Shown: positions 25,100-38,511, numbered from the stretch's first letter. The stretch: 64,000 bases of DNA from Octopus sinensis (GCF_006345805.1 NC_043003.1:64294001-64358000); one strand, 5' to 3'. A program made the numbers and translations. The notes: generated from the letters alone by a model not told the origin.

Positions 25100-25729
25100 A
25101 ATAAACATCAACTTGGATGACACTTTACTCAACTGACAGAGGAAGGTGACCAATCAAACTGATTATATAAATAGAGTTCTTTTCCGCCTATTCTTGTCGG
25201 AACCTTTGATACGGAGTATCAAAATTTTAATCCCTTTCACATTTATAAAATGTCAAGCAAACTTAAAAGTTTGTCATTACCGTTATTGTCAATATGAGCA
25301 GAATTTATGAGTCGTTTACTGCAAAGGAGAAATTAAATATGAGCTCCATTGCGATAGATAGAAACTCCAAGCAATGTAAAATATGGCCCGGATTGTGTTT
25401 ACCAGCATGAACGTCAGACTTGAAAAACCAGTTAACCATTTAATGGTTTTAGTAAATTTATACAGAACAAAATAAGCATTATACTGTCCAGCATAAATAA
25501 AAGTCAACTTCATTCTGTATATTTAAGCCATTATTTTTTCTGTAAAAACATTTTCTGACAGTCAACTTCTGCTACGAATTTTTACATTTTGTAAGTCTTT
25601 TAGCAACAAAAAAAAAAAAAAAAATTTCAAAAGAAATTCTGGAAACTACTCATGTAATTTACACACCCACTAAAGCTTTTTTTTATTTTTGCATAAAACA
25701 GCGGGTAAATTGCATGGGTTTTTATGGTA
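25100..25729 (+). mobile_element. Pogo/Tc2-type DNA transposon relic with promoter-like motifs and HTH start
   Basis: CCAAT (25150) and TATATAAAT (about 25164) precede ATG 25294 MSRIYESFTAKEKL, resembling the pogo RRSFTAxFKL N-terminus. Right end ...gggtttttatgg|TA resembles Tc2 TIRs. Left TIR not found. Confidence 0.55.
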
Positions 25730-27549
25730 TATGTTATATAAAAGTTATCTTGATCCATCGTAATTACTGTTTCTGTATTTTCAAATTGAGTTATTCCCAA
25801 TGCAGTAATGCTGGAATGAAATCTCAACATATTTGATATTACTGATTCATTCTCACTCTCTTCTCTAAATGTCTTCTACAAGAACCTTCTTTGCCCCACT
25901 CACTCCTTTCATCCCTCTTATTCTCATCATCATCATTATCATTGTTTAATGTCCATTTTCCATACTAGCATGGATTGGATGGTTTGACCGGGGTCTGGGA
26001 GGCCAGGAGGCTGCACCAGGCTCCAGTCTGATCTGGCTGTGCTTTTACAGCTGGTAGCTCTTCCTAATGCCAACCACTCCATGAGTGTAGTGGGTGTTTT
26101 TTCTTCTTGCACAAAGCCTCCTCCCCTCTTCATTTGGTTTTGCAGTCTTGTGAGCCATGTGGTGACCTCTCTTGTGCCAGTGGCAAGAAAGAAGACCCAG
26201 TACACTCTGTGAAGAGGTTGGCATTAGGAAGAGCATCCAACCATGGAAATGATGCCAAAATGGACATTAGAGCTTGTCATAGTCTTCCACCTGTTGAATC
26301 CTGTTAAACAGTCTGGCCCATGCCAGCATGGAACATTTAAGTGATGATGATGATTATATATGTTCTTGTGTGCACCATTGTCTAGACATCACATGATGGT
26401 TGTAAATGAGTATCATTGTTATACAAGCAAGGTTGTTCGTTTTCCATCTTCCATGGACTGCATGCCAAGGCTTGGGTAATATTACTTTACTTAGAATCAA
26501 TTGAGGGCTGGTGATAGGAATGGCATCCAGCCATAGAAAATCTGCCTCAACAAATTCTGTCTGACCAATGCAAACATGGTAAAATGCATGTTAGTTGACG
26601 ATGATGATGATATTGCAGTTCAATTCGAAAATTGTCTAATTATACATTCATTTAATTATGGATTTTATAATCCCCGCTTCTCTCCTCTATAACTTTTACA
26701 TTATGCTTTTATCTAAAACCAAAAAAAAAAAAAAGGGCAAAGTTTGTGTTTTGAATATCAGAAATTCAGGAACTGTAAAAAATTAGAATTTTTTAATCAG
26801 AAACTAATTAGGGCTAGGGTAGAGGGGATTTGTAGGATGACTTTGTACTTTTTTCTTGATATTTCTATTCGGATAATTATAAAAAAGCACTTTGTTTGTG
26901 GCTGTATATAATTATATTTCATTTGCATTTGAAATCACCATCATCATCGTCATTTAATGCCTGCTTTCCATGCTGGCATTGGTTAGACGGTTTGACTGAG
27001 GATTGGTAAGCCAGGAGGCTGCACAAGGCTCTTATCTGATTTGGCAAGGTTTCTACAGCTGGATGCTCTTCTTAACGCCAACCACTCTGAGAGTGTATCA
27101 GATGCTTTACATGTGCCATTGGCACAGGAGCAGGGGGTGGCCAGTCAGGCAGCACTGGCAATGGCCACACTCGAATGGTACTTTTTATGTAAAAATATAT
27201 ACAATGTAAAAATATATTTACTATGCATTTGAAATTACATTTTCGTCATTAATAAAATAAAACAACAGTACTTTAAGCATTCAGAAAGTGAAATGTTGTG
27301 ACCTTAATGTTTGCAATAATGAATGCACATTACTATCATTAATTTGAAAACTAATACAGCTATTACAAAATATTCATGTCTATTCATGTAATAATGGTAA
27401 AAATATTTCTAGAAATCATTAAATTGAGATGTGCCTCAATATTGATTTCTTTTTTTCTAAAGTACTTTTTTATTGTTTCGTTGAAAAAATTTGATTCTGG
27501 TAGATTCTGAATTTCCAATATTCAAGAAATAAAAATTCTGAAGACTATT

Positions 27550-27580
<31 letters not shown>

Positions 27581-27828
27581 GGTATAATAAAAGTGTTAGG
27601 TGTGAGAGAGGTTTTTTAAAAAAATCCATTTTTAAATGAATAAGTGCCATTAATTTTTTAAGGTTTTTGATATTTGACAGAACATATAAAATCAAAATTA
27701 GATTTATTAAATCATTTTAAAAAATATAAATTTAGTTCAATAAAGAAAACAAAAAATAAATAAAATAAAAACTAAGGTGATAGTAAACTTGTGTGTGTGT
27801 GGTTATATATATATATATATACATACAA

Positions 27829-28207
27829 GTGGAGGTGTAATGGCCCAGTGGTTAGGGCAGCAGACCTGCGGTCATAGGATCGCAGTTTCGATTCCCAGAC
27901 TGGGCATTGTGAGTGTTTATTGAGTGAAAACAACTAAAACTCCACGAAATTCCGGCAGGGGGTGGTGGCAAACCCAGCTGTACTCTTTCACCACAACTTT
28001 CTCTCACTCTTTCTTCCTGATTCTGTTGTACCTGTATTTAAAAGGGCCAGCCTTGTCACACTCTGTGTTATGCTGAATCTCCCTGAGAACTACGTTAAGG
28101 GTACACGTGTCTGTGGAGTGCTCAGCCACTTGCATGTTAATTTCACGAGCAGGCTGTTCCATTGATTGGATCAACTGGAACCCTCGTTGTCGCAACCGAC
28201 GGAGTGC
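27829..28207 (+). mobile_element. tRNA-derived SINE family B, full length
   Basis: Head gtggaggtgtaatggcccagtggttagggcagc...gtttcgattccc; 3' body aagggtacacgtgtctgtggagtgctcagccac...gatcaactggaaccctcg. Confidence 0.9.
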
Positions 28208-28235
28208 TATGATACACATACATATATATATCATC

Positions 28236-28760
28236 ATCATCATCATCATTTAACGTCTGTTGTCCATGCTGGCATGGATTGGACGGTTTGACTGGGCTGA
28301 CAAATTGGAAGGCTGCACCAGACTCTGGTCTGAATTGGCATGGTTTTCTACAGCTGGATGCCTTTCCTTGTGCCAATCTCTCCAAGAGTGTAATGGGTGC
28401 TTTTATGTGCCACCAGCATGGGTGCCATTTGCATGATCTGGGGTGCATTTACATGACACTGGTATCTGTCACAACTGCGATTTTGCTCAGCTTGATGGGT
28501 CTTCTTTTCAAGCACAACATAATGCCGAAGTTCTTGGTCATTGCCGCTGTGAGGCCGAACACTTGAAAGGAAGTCAGCCACTTTGCCTCTGCGAGGCCCA
28601 ACGCTGGAAAGGAACTCAGCTACTTTGCCTCCATCAGGCCCAATGCTCAAGAGGAACTCAGCCACTTTGCCTCTGTGAGGCCCATCGCTAGAAAGGAACT
28701 CAACCACTTTGACCTTGTGAGGCCCAATGTTCAAAAGATGTTCTTTACGTGCCACCAGCA
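28236..28760 (-). mobile_element. RTE-tail element including ORF2 stop region and a 42-bp tandem repeat
   Basis: Relic YVVLEKKTHQA next to the common 3' UTR; unit starts at 28551, 28593, 28635, 28677 and 28719 (period 42). Confidence 0.85.
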
Positions 28761-29037
28761 CTGGTGCACTTGGGTTGATGGTTCTTTCAAAAACAGCACA
28801 TCGTCAAAGGTCTCACAGTCACCAGTCATTGCCTCTGATCATCATCATTTAATGTCTGTTTTCCATGCTATCATGGGTTGGACAGTTTGAAGGGAGTTGC
28901 ACCAGGTTCCATTGTTTTGACATGGTTTTTACAGTTTGATGCCTTTCCTAACACCAACTTCTCCACAGACTGTACTGGGTCCTTTTTCTGTGAGCATCCA
29001 TTTAGTGTATACATGTGTGTGTATGTATGTGTGTGTG

Positions 29038-29075
<38 letters not shown>

Positions 29076-29083
<8 letters not shown>

Positions 29084-29370
29084 ATCACGTGACCGACCAG
29101 ACCATCAGATGTTGTTACACATCGCTGGTCACAATGCGTTCGCATTGTTTTAGCCTTCGAATGACGCCACCCTGCTGGCTAAGCGAGCAGGCCAACAGAA
29201 GAAAGAGTGGTGAAAGAGTACAGCAGGGATCACCACTCCCTGCCGGAGCATCGTGGAGCTTTTTTTAGGTGTTTTCGCTCAATAAACACTCACAATGCCC
29301 GGTCTGGGAATCAAAACCGCGATCCTGCGACCGCGAGTCCGCTGCCCTAACCACTGGACCATTGCGCCTC

Positions 29371-29372
<2 letters not shown>
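29076..29372 (-). mobile_element. Young family B-related SINE (CpG-rich)
   Basis: tRNA-like head at 29290-29372, nearly identical to the 27829 head but with CpGs retained; inserted between (TA)n tracts. Confidence 0.85.
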
Positions 29373-29418
<46 letters not shown>

Positions 29419-29479
29419 GATAGCTGTCCACTTGTGACCGAGGAAGACCATTGCTGACCTTCAAGAACATTGTACGCTC

Positions 29480-30040
29480 CAGGACTAACTTACATTTTGC
29501 ATTTGCAGCTCCATTGGTGACTAATGAGCCCTGCTCTTGACAAACATACATGACTGCAAACATTGCAAACCAAGCGTTACCCATTCACTACACCAGCAGT
29601 GCATTTTCGAGAAGCATGCTTACGTTCTTCATGTAGAATACGTGCTCTCTCAAAAATGTTGACCTCCTCCTTAACCTGCTTCCTCCATCTGTGGTGATGA
29701 CAGGCATTGTTCTCTCAGTCAATCTCCTGCGTATCACAGACCTTTAATGAGGACTTGACACAGTCCTTAAATCGCAACCTTGGTTTCTGCTGGGATCTCT
29801 TTCCATTCACAAGTTCCCTATATAGCATCTGCTCTATACACACACACACACACACACACACACATCTCAATAAAGCAATAAAAAAGTAGACCCGAACATT
29901 ATTGAAATACAGAACTATATTTAATATGAAATGCAAGCATAGAGCGCTCACATACAATACTCTGAGTTTCCTGGCAGCCTTGGATATAAAGTTTCCCAAT
30001 TTCCAATCAATAAACAATATATACATGCCATCATTCATCA
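29480..30040 (-). mobile_element. RTE LINE ORF2 C-terminal fragment
   Basis: LYRELVNGKRSQQKPRLRFKDCVKSSLK...WRKQVKEEVNIFE matches the RTE LYGELxxGKRxxGRPxLRxKD motif. Confidence 0.75.
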
Positions 30041-31684
30041 GCTATCATGTGCCTCACTTGTGCATTGATTTCTGATTAGAAATCGGTTAACTTTATATCT
30101 ACAGCTGCTGCTAGTGAACTCCAAGAACTGTATCTGAGTATTCTATACTTGTACTTTGGAGAAATATTACTTTACATGGAAACAGATGAGGGTTGGTGAC
30201 AGGAAGGGCATCTGAGTTTACATAATATGCCAAAGCTAATTCCATCTGACAAATGCAAGCATGGGAAAGTGGGTGTTAAGATGAATATATATATATATAT
30301 ATATATACATACACATACCTGCTTTGGTCATGAATGACCATAGGATTGCACCTACAAAGTTCCCCTCTGTGGCACAAGTCCGGGCGTGGTTGTTTATGGA
30401 AGACAAGTATTTGGCCATGCATACCAGCCTCTCTTCTCCACGCCACTGATATTATCCAAGGGAAAGGCAAAGGGGCCGATACAGCTTGGCACCAGTGATG
30501 TTGCCACTCATTTCTACAGCTGAGTGAACAGGAGCATTGAGAAATAAAGTGTCTTGCTGAAGAACACAACACACAACCCAGTCTGGGAATCGAACACACT
30601 ACCACATGATTGTGAGCCCAATGCTCTAACCTCTAAGCCATGCACCTTCACAGGATTCCTGGCTTTCATCTAGGCTACCCAGGTTGAATTCCTGGCATTG
30701 TAAATTGTTATGAAGGTACATGGTTCAGTGGTTAGTGCATTGGGCTCACAATCATGAGGTAGTGAGTTCGACTCCTGGATCAGACTGTGTGTTGTGTTCT
30801 TGAGCAAGACACTTTTATTTCACATTGTTCCAGTTCACTGAGCTGTAGAAATGAGTTGTGACATCACTGGTGCCAAGCTGTATCGGCCTTTGCTGTTCCT
30901 TTGGATAATATTGGTGCTGTAGAGAGGAGAGGTTGATATGCATGGGTGACTGCTGGTCTTCCATAAACAACCTTGCCCAGACTTTTGCCATGGAAGGGAA
31001 CTTTCTAGCTGCAGTCTATTCCTGAAGGCACAACATGTCTTAGTGGTTAGGGTGTTGTATCAACAGTTGCTAGATCGTGATTTCATTTCCTAGACCGGTT
31101 GGTGTGTTGTGTTCTTGAGCAAAACACTTCATCTGATGTTGCTCTGTGATCACTTCGACACCTGACGCATGGTACACCGTGCACTTGTTCAGACAATGTC
31201 GACTTGATGGAGGGAGAGAACTAATGTGTGGCACAAGTATTTGATCACCCTAAACAAATCATTTGTGCAGGTTGTTTGACAAAAGCTGAAAGCTCATACA
31301 TCGTCTTTGATGGGAAAGTCCATCATATATATGGCTGATGTATTTTGTTTTATGATCTCCATAGCTTGGTGGGGACAGATTATGTACTTTGATCATAGGT
31401 TTGTGAGGTGATCCTGGCTACTCTTTCTTCTTACCACTGCCATAGCCATCATCATTAGCCTCACTATCACATTAAACAACGAGAACACAAAGACATCTCT
31501 CTTTCATTATAAAAGCACTGCACTCCTGAAAATCTTACCATAACTTGGCGTTTCATGACATGGAAACCTATTTTATCATTGACTGCTATTTTGCATGGAG
31601 ATGCATCAACGTGGAAATCACTGACAAAATACATTTCGTGCTAGAGAACTCCACGGTGTAGCAAGATTTTAAATGAATGTAATG

Positions 31685-31920
31685 CTTCTTATTTCTTTAT
31701 TGCTCACAAGGGGCTAAACATAGAGGGGACAAACAAGGACAGACAAAGGGGTTAAGTCGATTACATTGACCCCAGTGCGTAACTGGTACTTAATTTATCA
31801 ACCCCGAAAGGATGAAAGGCAAAGGCGACCTCGGCGGAATTTGAACTCAGAACATAACGGCAGACGAAATACCAATAAGCATTTCGCCCAGCGTGCTAAC
31901 GTTTCTGCCAGCTCACCGCC
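31685..31920 (-). mobile_element. SINE with Meta-domain-like core
   Basis: ctttgcctttcatcctttcggggt.gataaattaagtaccag core. Copies also at about 16945-17095, 44020-44200, 44215-44425, 57730-57950, 58180-58395 and 60000-60185. Domain name assigned from recall. Confidence 0.75.
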
Positions 31921-33243
31921 ATGAATGTAATGCTTCTGTCAATGCTTCCATAACATGGAAGATGCCAATTATACAACTTCCTGGAAAAAACTCCCCAGTA
32001 AACTTCACCCTATCCCTGCTGGTCATTACGTTACATTACTACAATTCCTACTGGCAAACTTGTGTGCACTTATTTGTATAACTTCTTTCCTTGTTTCAAG
32101 ATCAGCGTATTCAGTTGTCTGTTTGTCGTAATTTTCGGTAACTGAATAAATTTAAATAGAACAATCGCTAATCCACTTCGTACATCTTTGAGACAAAACT
32201 ATTTCATTTGTGAGAAGAATTACTGATTCCTATAAAAATCTTGTCTATGCAGTAAATCAGGATTTCACGTACAAACCATGTTAGAAAATAAAAGGGTACA
32301 TTAAATAATAATAATGATGATGGTGATGGTGGTGGTGAACAGGCACAGACCTGCCTATGTGTTTAAGAAGCTTGCTTTTCAATCACATGGTCTTGAGTTC
32401 AGTCCCATTGTGCAGTATCTTGGGCAAATGTTTTTTACTATTGCCCTAGCTCAATCAATGCTTTGTGAGTGGATTTGATAGATGGAAATTGGAAGAAGCC
32501 CATCATTATAATCATTTAATGTTAATTTTCCATTCAGGCATGGGTTGGACAGTTTGACAGGCGCTGCACCAGTTTTCATTGTCTGTTTTGACATGGTTTC
32601 TATAGCTGGATGCCCTTCCTAATGCCAGCCACTTTACAGAGTGTACTGGGTGCTTTTTACATGGCACTATCATGTGTATATATGCATGTGTACTCTCCTC
32701 TTGATATCATGTGATGGTTGTAAACGAGCATCACTGTTATACACACAGTGTTGCCCATTTGCAGCTTCCCTTGAAAAGCTCATCTTACCATGGGGAAATG
32801 TTATGTTACCTGGAAACAGGCGCAAGTTGGGGACAAGAAGCACATTAAGTCTGCCTTGGCAGGTTTCTTGCAAGCATGGAAAAATGGACATTAAAAATTG
32901 ATGATGATGATGATGATAATGGTTTTCAGTAACAGAATAACTTTAAATAGAATAATCACATCTCAGCTAATCCCCTATCTACATCTTTGAGACATAAAAC
33001 CATCTTATTTGTTACAAGAATTACCAATTCCAATAAAATTCTTGCCTATGTAGTAAATGTGGATTTCACATACAATTCATGTAAGAAAATATAATGTTAC
33101 AGGCAAATCTAATTTGTTTTAATATTTCCTTTAAGAATATCATTTCGTTTTGAATACTTTTCATTGATCAAACTATTTGCAAAAATAATTTTATTCAGCT
33201 ATAAATGTAATGGATTTTTTTTTTCACTTCATAGTTTATTTCT

Positions 33244-33285
<42 letters not shown>

Positions 33286-33550
33286 CACCACCACCACCAC
33301 CACCACCACCACCACCACTATTACTATAGCCATCACTACTATTACCACCATTATTACTGTAACCACCTACTACTACTACGACTACTACCACTACCATCAC
33401 TACTACTACCACCACCACCTCTACTACTACTACAACCACCACTACTACTACTCCATTATTACTCTAACCACCTACTATTACTACTACTACCATTACCTTA
33501 CTACTACAACTACCACTACCATCACTATTACTACCACCACCACCACCACC

Positions 33551-33583
<33 letters not shown>

Positions 33584-33865
33584 TCACCACCACCACCACC
33601 ACCACCACCACTATTACTATAGCCATCACTACTATTACCACCATTATTACTGTAACCACCTACTACTACTACGACTACTACCACTACCATCACTACTACT
33701 ACCACCACCACCTCTACTACTACTACAACCACCACTACTACTACTCCATTATTACTCTAACCACCTACTATTACTACTACTACCATTACCTTACTACTAC
33801 AACTACCACTACCATCACTATTACTACCACCACCACCACCACCACTACTACTACTACTACTACTC
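33244..33865. repeat. (TAC/CAC)n trinucleotide region containing a 293-bp tandem duplication
   Basis: ctattactatagccatcact starts at 33318 and 33611; about 230 bp appear identical between copies. Confidence 0.9.
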
Positions 33866-34882
33866 AATTTTTAATCTGTAAGCAAAAATATGCCCTTCTT
33901 TTGATTTAGTGATAGGAGGTAATAGATTTCTTCTTGTGAAATTGGTTTATGCAATTCATATCTATTTATGACAATTTCCCCCCATTTCTGGGTTTTTTTT
34001 CCTTAAATTTTTTTTCTTCCTTTTAGAATTTCAATCAGATATTTGTGCTTATAATCTGGTGTACAAGTTAGAATCAAACATACACACACACAAGTTGGTG
34101 TGTATGTGTGTCGGTTAACATGTTATTTTAGTCTTTTGGTACCAACCCTCCAGAGTCTGGCTCTGGTTCTATGATATAAGCATCACTTTTTAAAGAGGTC
34201 TGAATTAAAATAATCTTACATCATCCACATTCCGTCTTTTACTTGTTTCAGCCATTAGACTGTGGCCATGCTGGGGCACCGCCTTGAAGAATTTTTAGTT
34301 GGGTGTATGGACCCCAGTATTTATCTTTTTTTCAAAGCCTGGCACTTATTCTGTTGGCCCCTTTTGTCAAACTGCTAAGTTACAGAGGATGTAAGCACAC
34401 CAACACCAGTTGTAAAGTAGTGGTTGGGGACAACACAGACACAATGATATGCACACACACACACACGTGCGCATACATGATGGGCTTCTTTCAGTTTCCA
34501 TCTTACCAAATCCACTCACAAGGCTTTGGTTGGCCCAAGGTTACAGTAGAAAACAGTTACACAAGGTGTCGTGCAGTGGGACTGAACCTGGAACCATGTG
34601 ATTGGGAAGCAAGCTTCTTACCACACAGCCCTGCCTGTGCATGTTTATTTATATTTCAAACATTAGCTTAATAATGACGAAATTATTTTATTAAATTCTT
34701 CATTTGGTACAGGCATGGTCATGTGGTTAGGAAGCTCACTTTGCAACCTCTTGGTTTCAGGTTCAGACCCACTGTGTGACACCTTGGTTGGATTTCTTCT
34801 TCTGTGGACCCAAGCCAACCACTGCTTTCTCGTCAAATTTGGTGGGCAGAAGCTATACTGCTTGACAACCAGTGTTTGTTAT

Positions 34883-35054
34883 CAGGGCTATGGAGTCAGA
34901 GTCGGAAACAATTAGGGGGTAGCTGGAGTCGGAGTCAGTAAAATAGACCACAATCACTTAATTACATAGAGGAGTCAGACTTGGACTCAAAAGTGCCAAT
35001 AGTAGAGGAGCTGAAGTCGGAGTCAAAGTCTTTTGCTTCAACTCCACAGCCTTG
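34883..35054. mobile_element. hAT MITE with perfect 8-bp TSD, nested in a family A SINE
   Basis: TIRs CAGGGCTATGGAGTC / AACTCCACAGCCTTG; TSD tttgttat at 34875-34882 and 35055-35062; internal ggagtc repeats. Confidence 0.92.
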
Positions 35055-36410
35055 TTTGTTATGTCCCTGGATTTATCAAAGGAGACTGATAGAATAAGTA
35101 GAATAATATACCCTGGGATTGATTTAACTAGACCCTTCACAGCGGTGGCCCATCATAGCTGTGGTTCAGCAACTGAAACAAGCAAACGATAAAAAGTTAA
35201 AAGAAGAGAATATTTTTATCTTGACATTAAGTTGCCAGACAAAATGCTTAGTAACATTTTGTCCCCCTTTTTATTCTGATTTCAGAATCTGCTGGGGTTG
35301 ACTTTTTTTTAGGCGAGGGGCTGATAAAATAAGTACCAGTTGATTACTGGGGTGGATATAATCAACTTAGCCCCACCCTTGAAATTGCTGGCTTTCTGCT
35401 AAAATTGTGCTGGTGCCACATAAACTGTACCTATGTGCCAGCGCCACGTAAGGAGCATCTGTGTGGGTGCCTCATAAAAGCACTCAGTACTCTCTTCAAA
35501 CGGGTTGCTGTTAATAAGGGCATCCAGCTGTAGAGACCATCCCAAAACAGATGACTGGTGTTTGGTGCAGCCCTCCAGCTTGGCAAATCTTGTCATACCG
35601 TCCAACCCACGCCACCATGGAGAATGGACATTAAATGACGACGATGATTTCTGTTTTGACTCTCATATTATAATGAAGTATATTTTTGACCTATTAGCAT
35701 TAATCATGTTTTAATCTTTTCACCTCTGATTTGTTTCCCTTATCTCAAATAGTTTATAGTTTAACCTTCTTCGCTGTTTTCTTGATCTAACTTACCGGCT
35801 TCTGGAACTGATTTGAATGTTTTACATTTCAAATTCTCTAAATTGTTTGTATTTATTTATATTTTATTGTTCATATAGTATACCATACTTGAATTTTAGA
35901 TTAGCTGCTGTTTTTTTTTTGTTTTTCTTATTTTTGTTTTTAATTTCTGAAATATATTTTTGTTTCCTGAAGCCTGAAGTAATGATGTCACTCAGGGCCT
36001 TAACACTTTTAGCATTATCTGTTAGCAAATTGCATAGTTTCTGTATTTCATTAAGTGGTAATTTCTTATTTTGTGTTAATTTATTTACATCATTTTTCCA
36101 TTTATAGAATTTTTCCTTGTTTTTGCTCATATTGTAGAAAGGATGGAAAGTGATTAATGCTAGGTTTAAATCTAAAACAAAAAACAAAAATAGTTGAAAC
36201 CAGTAAAGTCTTCAAAAATAAAATTAATCTTAGGAACAGTGTAATGCAAATGAAGAATTGTTGGCAACCAACAAAAATTAATGCAAATAGATCTTCATTC
36301 ATTTTAATGATAAAGATTTAGTTCTGCAATCAACTAAATTACCCACCTAATCTTCATCATCTTCATCATCATCATTTAATGTCTCTTTTCCATGCTGGCA
36401 TGGCTTGGAT

Positions 36411-37131
36411 AAAGCACTGGTGCTGGTGCCATGTAAAATGCACTGGTGATGGTGCCTCATAAAAAGCTCTGATGATGGTGCCATGTAAAAAGCACTGGTG
36501 ATGGTGCCTCATATGAAGCACTGGTGATGGTGCCTCATAAAAAGCACTGGTGATGGTGCCACATATGAAGCACTGGTGATGGTTCCACATATGAAGCACT
36601 GGTGATGGTGCCACATAAAAAGCACCAGTGATGGTGCCTCATAAAAAGCTCTGATGATGGTGCCATGTAAAAAGCACTGGTGATGGTGCCTCATATGAAG
36701 CACTGGTGATGGTGCCTCATAAAAAGGACTGGTGATGGTGCCACATATGAAGCACTGGTGATGGTGCCACATAAAACGCACTGGTGATGGTGCCTCATAA
36801 AAAGGACTGGTGATGGTGCCTCGTAAAAAGCTCTGATGATGGTGCCATGTAAAAAGTATTGATGATGGTGCCTCATATGAAGCACTGGTGATGGTGCCAC
36901 ATAAAAAGCACTGGTGATGCTGCCACGTACAAAGCACTGGTGATGCTGTCACATAAAAAGCACAGGTGATGGTGCTTCATAAAAAGCTCTGATGATGGTG
37001 CCATGTAAAAAGCATTGATGATGGTGCCATGTAAAAAGCACTGGTGATGGTGCCTCATAAAAAGCATTGATGATGGTTCACATATGAAGCACTGATGATA
37101 GGGTCATGTAAAAAGCACTGGTGATGGTGTC
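36411..37131 (+). repeat. 26-bp minisatellite (gcactggtgatggtgccacataaaaa), about 27 units, with 7-mer higher-order period
   Basis: Variant gctctgatgatggtgccatgt recurs at 36466, 36648, 36830 and 36986 (spacings 182, 182, 156). Confidence 0.95.
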
Positions 37132-37220
37132 ATTTAATGATGTTTTTGTTGAATAAATTTTGTTGAAAAAAAAAGCTGCAATAATTATATACCAACCCAA
37201 TACATATATATGTGTGTGTT

Positions 37221-37251
<31 letters not shown>

Positions 37252-37839
37252 TGGTGTTGGTGTGTGGTAAGAAATTTGCTTCTCACCCACATGGTTCAGG
37301 TTTCAGCCCCACTGCATGGCACCTTAAACAAGTGCCTTCTACTACAGCCTTGGGCCAACCAAAATTCTTGTGAGTGGATTTGCTGGACGGAAACTGAAAC
37401 AATCCCATCATGTACATATGTCTGTATGTATGTGTGTGTGTCTTTGTGTCTCTTCTTCAACAGCTTTATATCTGGTGTTGATGTGTTTGTGTCCCCATAA
37501 CTTAGTGGTCTGACAAAAAGAGACCAACAGAATAAGTACCAGGCTTTAAAAAGATCAGTACTAGCGTTGATTCATTTGACTAAAAAAATTCAAGGCAGTG
37601 CTTCAGCATGGCTGCAGTTTAATGACTGAAACAAGTAAAAGATATATATATATATTCTTTTATTCTTTTACTTGTTTCAGCCATTAAACCGTGGGCATGC
37701 TGGGGTTCTGCCTTGGATTATATATAGCATTAGGAAAGGCATCCAGCCCTAGAAACCATTCCAAAACCACAATTAGAACTTGGTACAGCTCTCCCATCAA
37801 ACTGTCCAACCCATGCCAGCATGGAAAACATGTTAGATG

Positions 37840-37842
<3 letters not shown>

Positions 37843-37878
<36 letters not shown>

Positions 37879-38042
37879 TATATATATATTAATATATATA
37901 TATATATAGATATTATATATATATAGATATATATAGATATATATATATAGATATATATATAGATATATATATATATAGATATATATATAGATATATATAT
38001 ATATAGATATATATATAATAGATATATATATATATAATATAT

Positions 38043-38079
<37 letters not shown>

Positions 38080-38252
38080 TATATATAGATATATAGATAT
38101 ATATATATAGATAGATATATATATATATATATATAGAGATATATATATATAGAATATATATATATATAGAGATATATATATAGATATATAGATATATATA
38201 TATATATATATATATTAGATATATATATATATATAGATATATAGATATATAT

Positions 38253-38318
<66 letters not shown>

Positions 38319-38423
38319 ATTATATATATATATATATATAATATATAGAGATATATATATAGATATATATATATATATATATATATATAGATATATATAT
38401 ATAGATATATATATATATATTAT

Positions 38424-38511
<88 letters not shown>

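Noticed and set aside
27829-27905. tRNA-like cloverleaf (also 29290-29372 and other SINE heads)
   Set aside because: Continues into SINE bodies and has broken stems; not functional tRNA genes.
33164-33735. Long Thr/Tyr/His and Val/Gly ORFs
   Set aside because: Translations of trinucleotide repeats. The same applies to the IY/HT/CV-rich ORFs over (TA)n and (CA)n tracts.
36372-37131. Regular 26-bp array as CRISPR or repeat protein
   Set aside because: No unique spacers, eukaryotic context, and unit length is not a multiple of 3; it is a TE-derived minisatellite.
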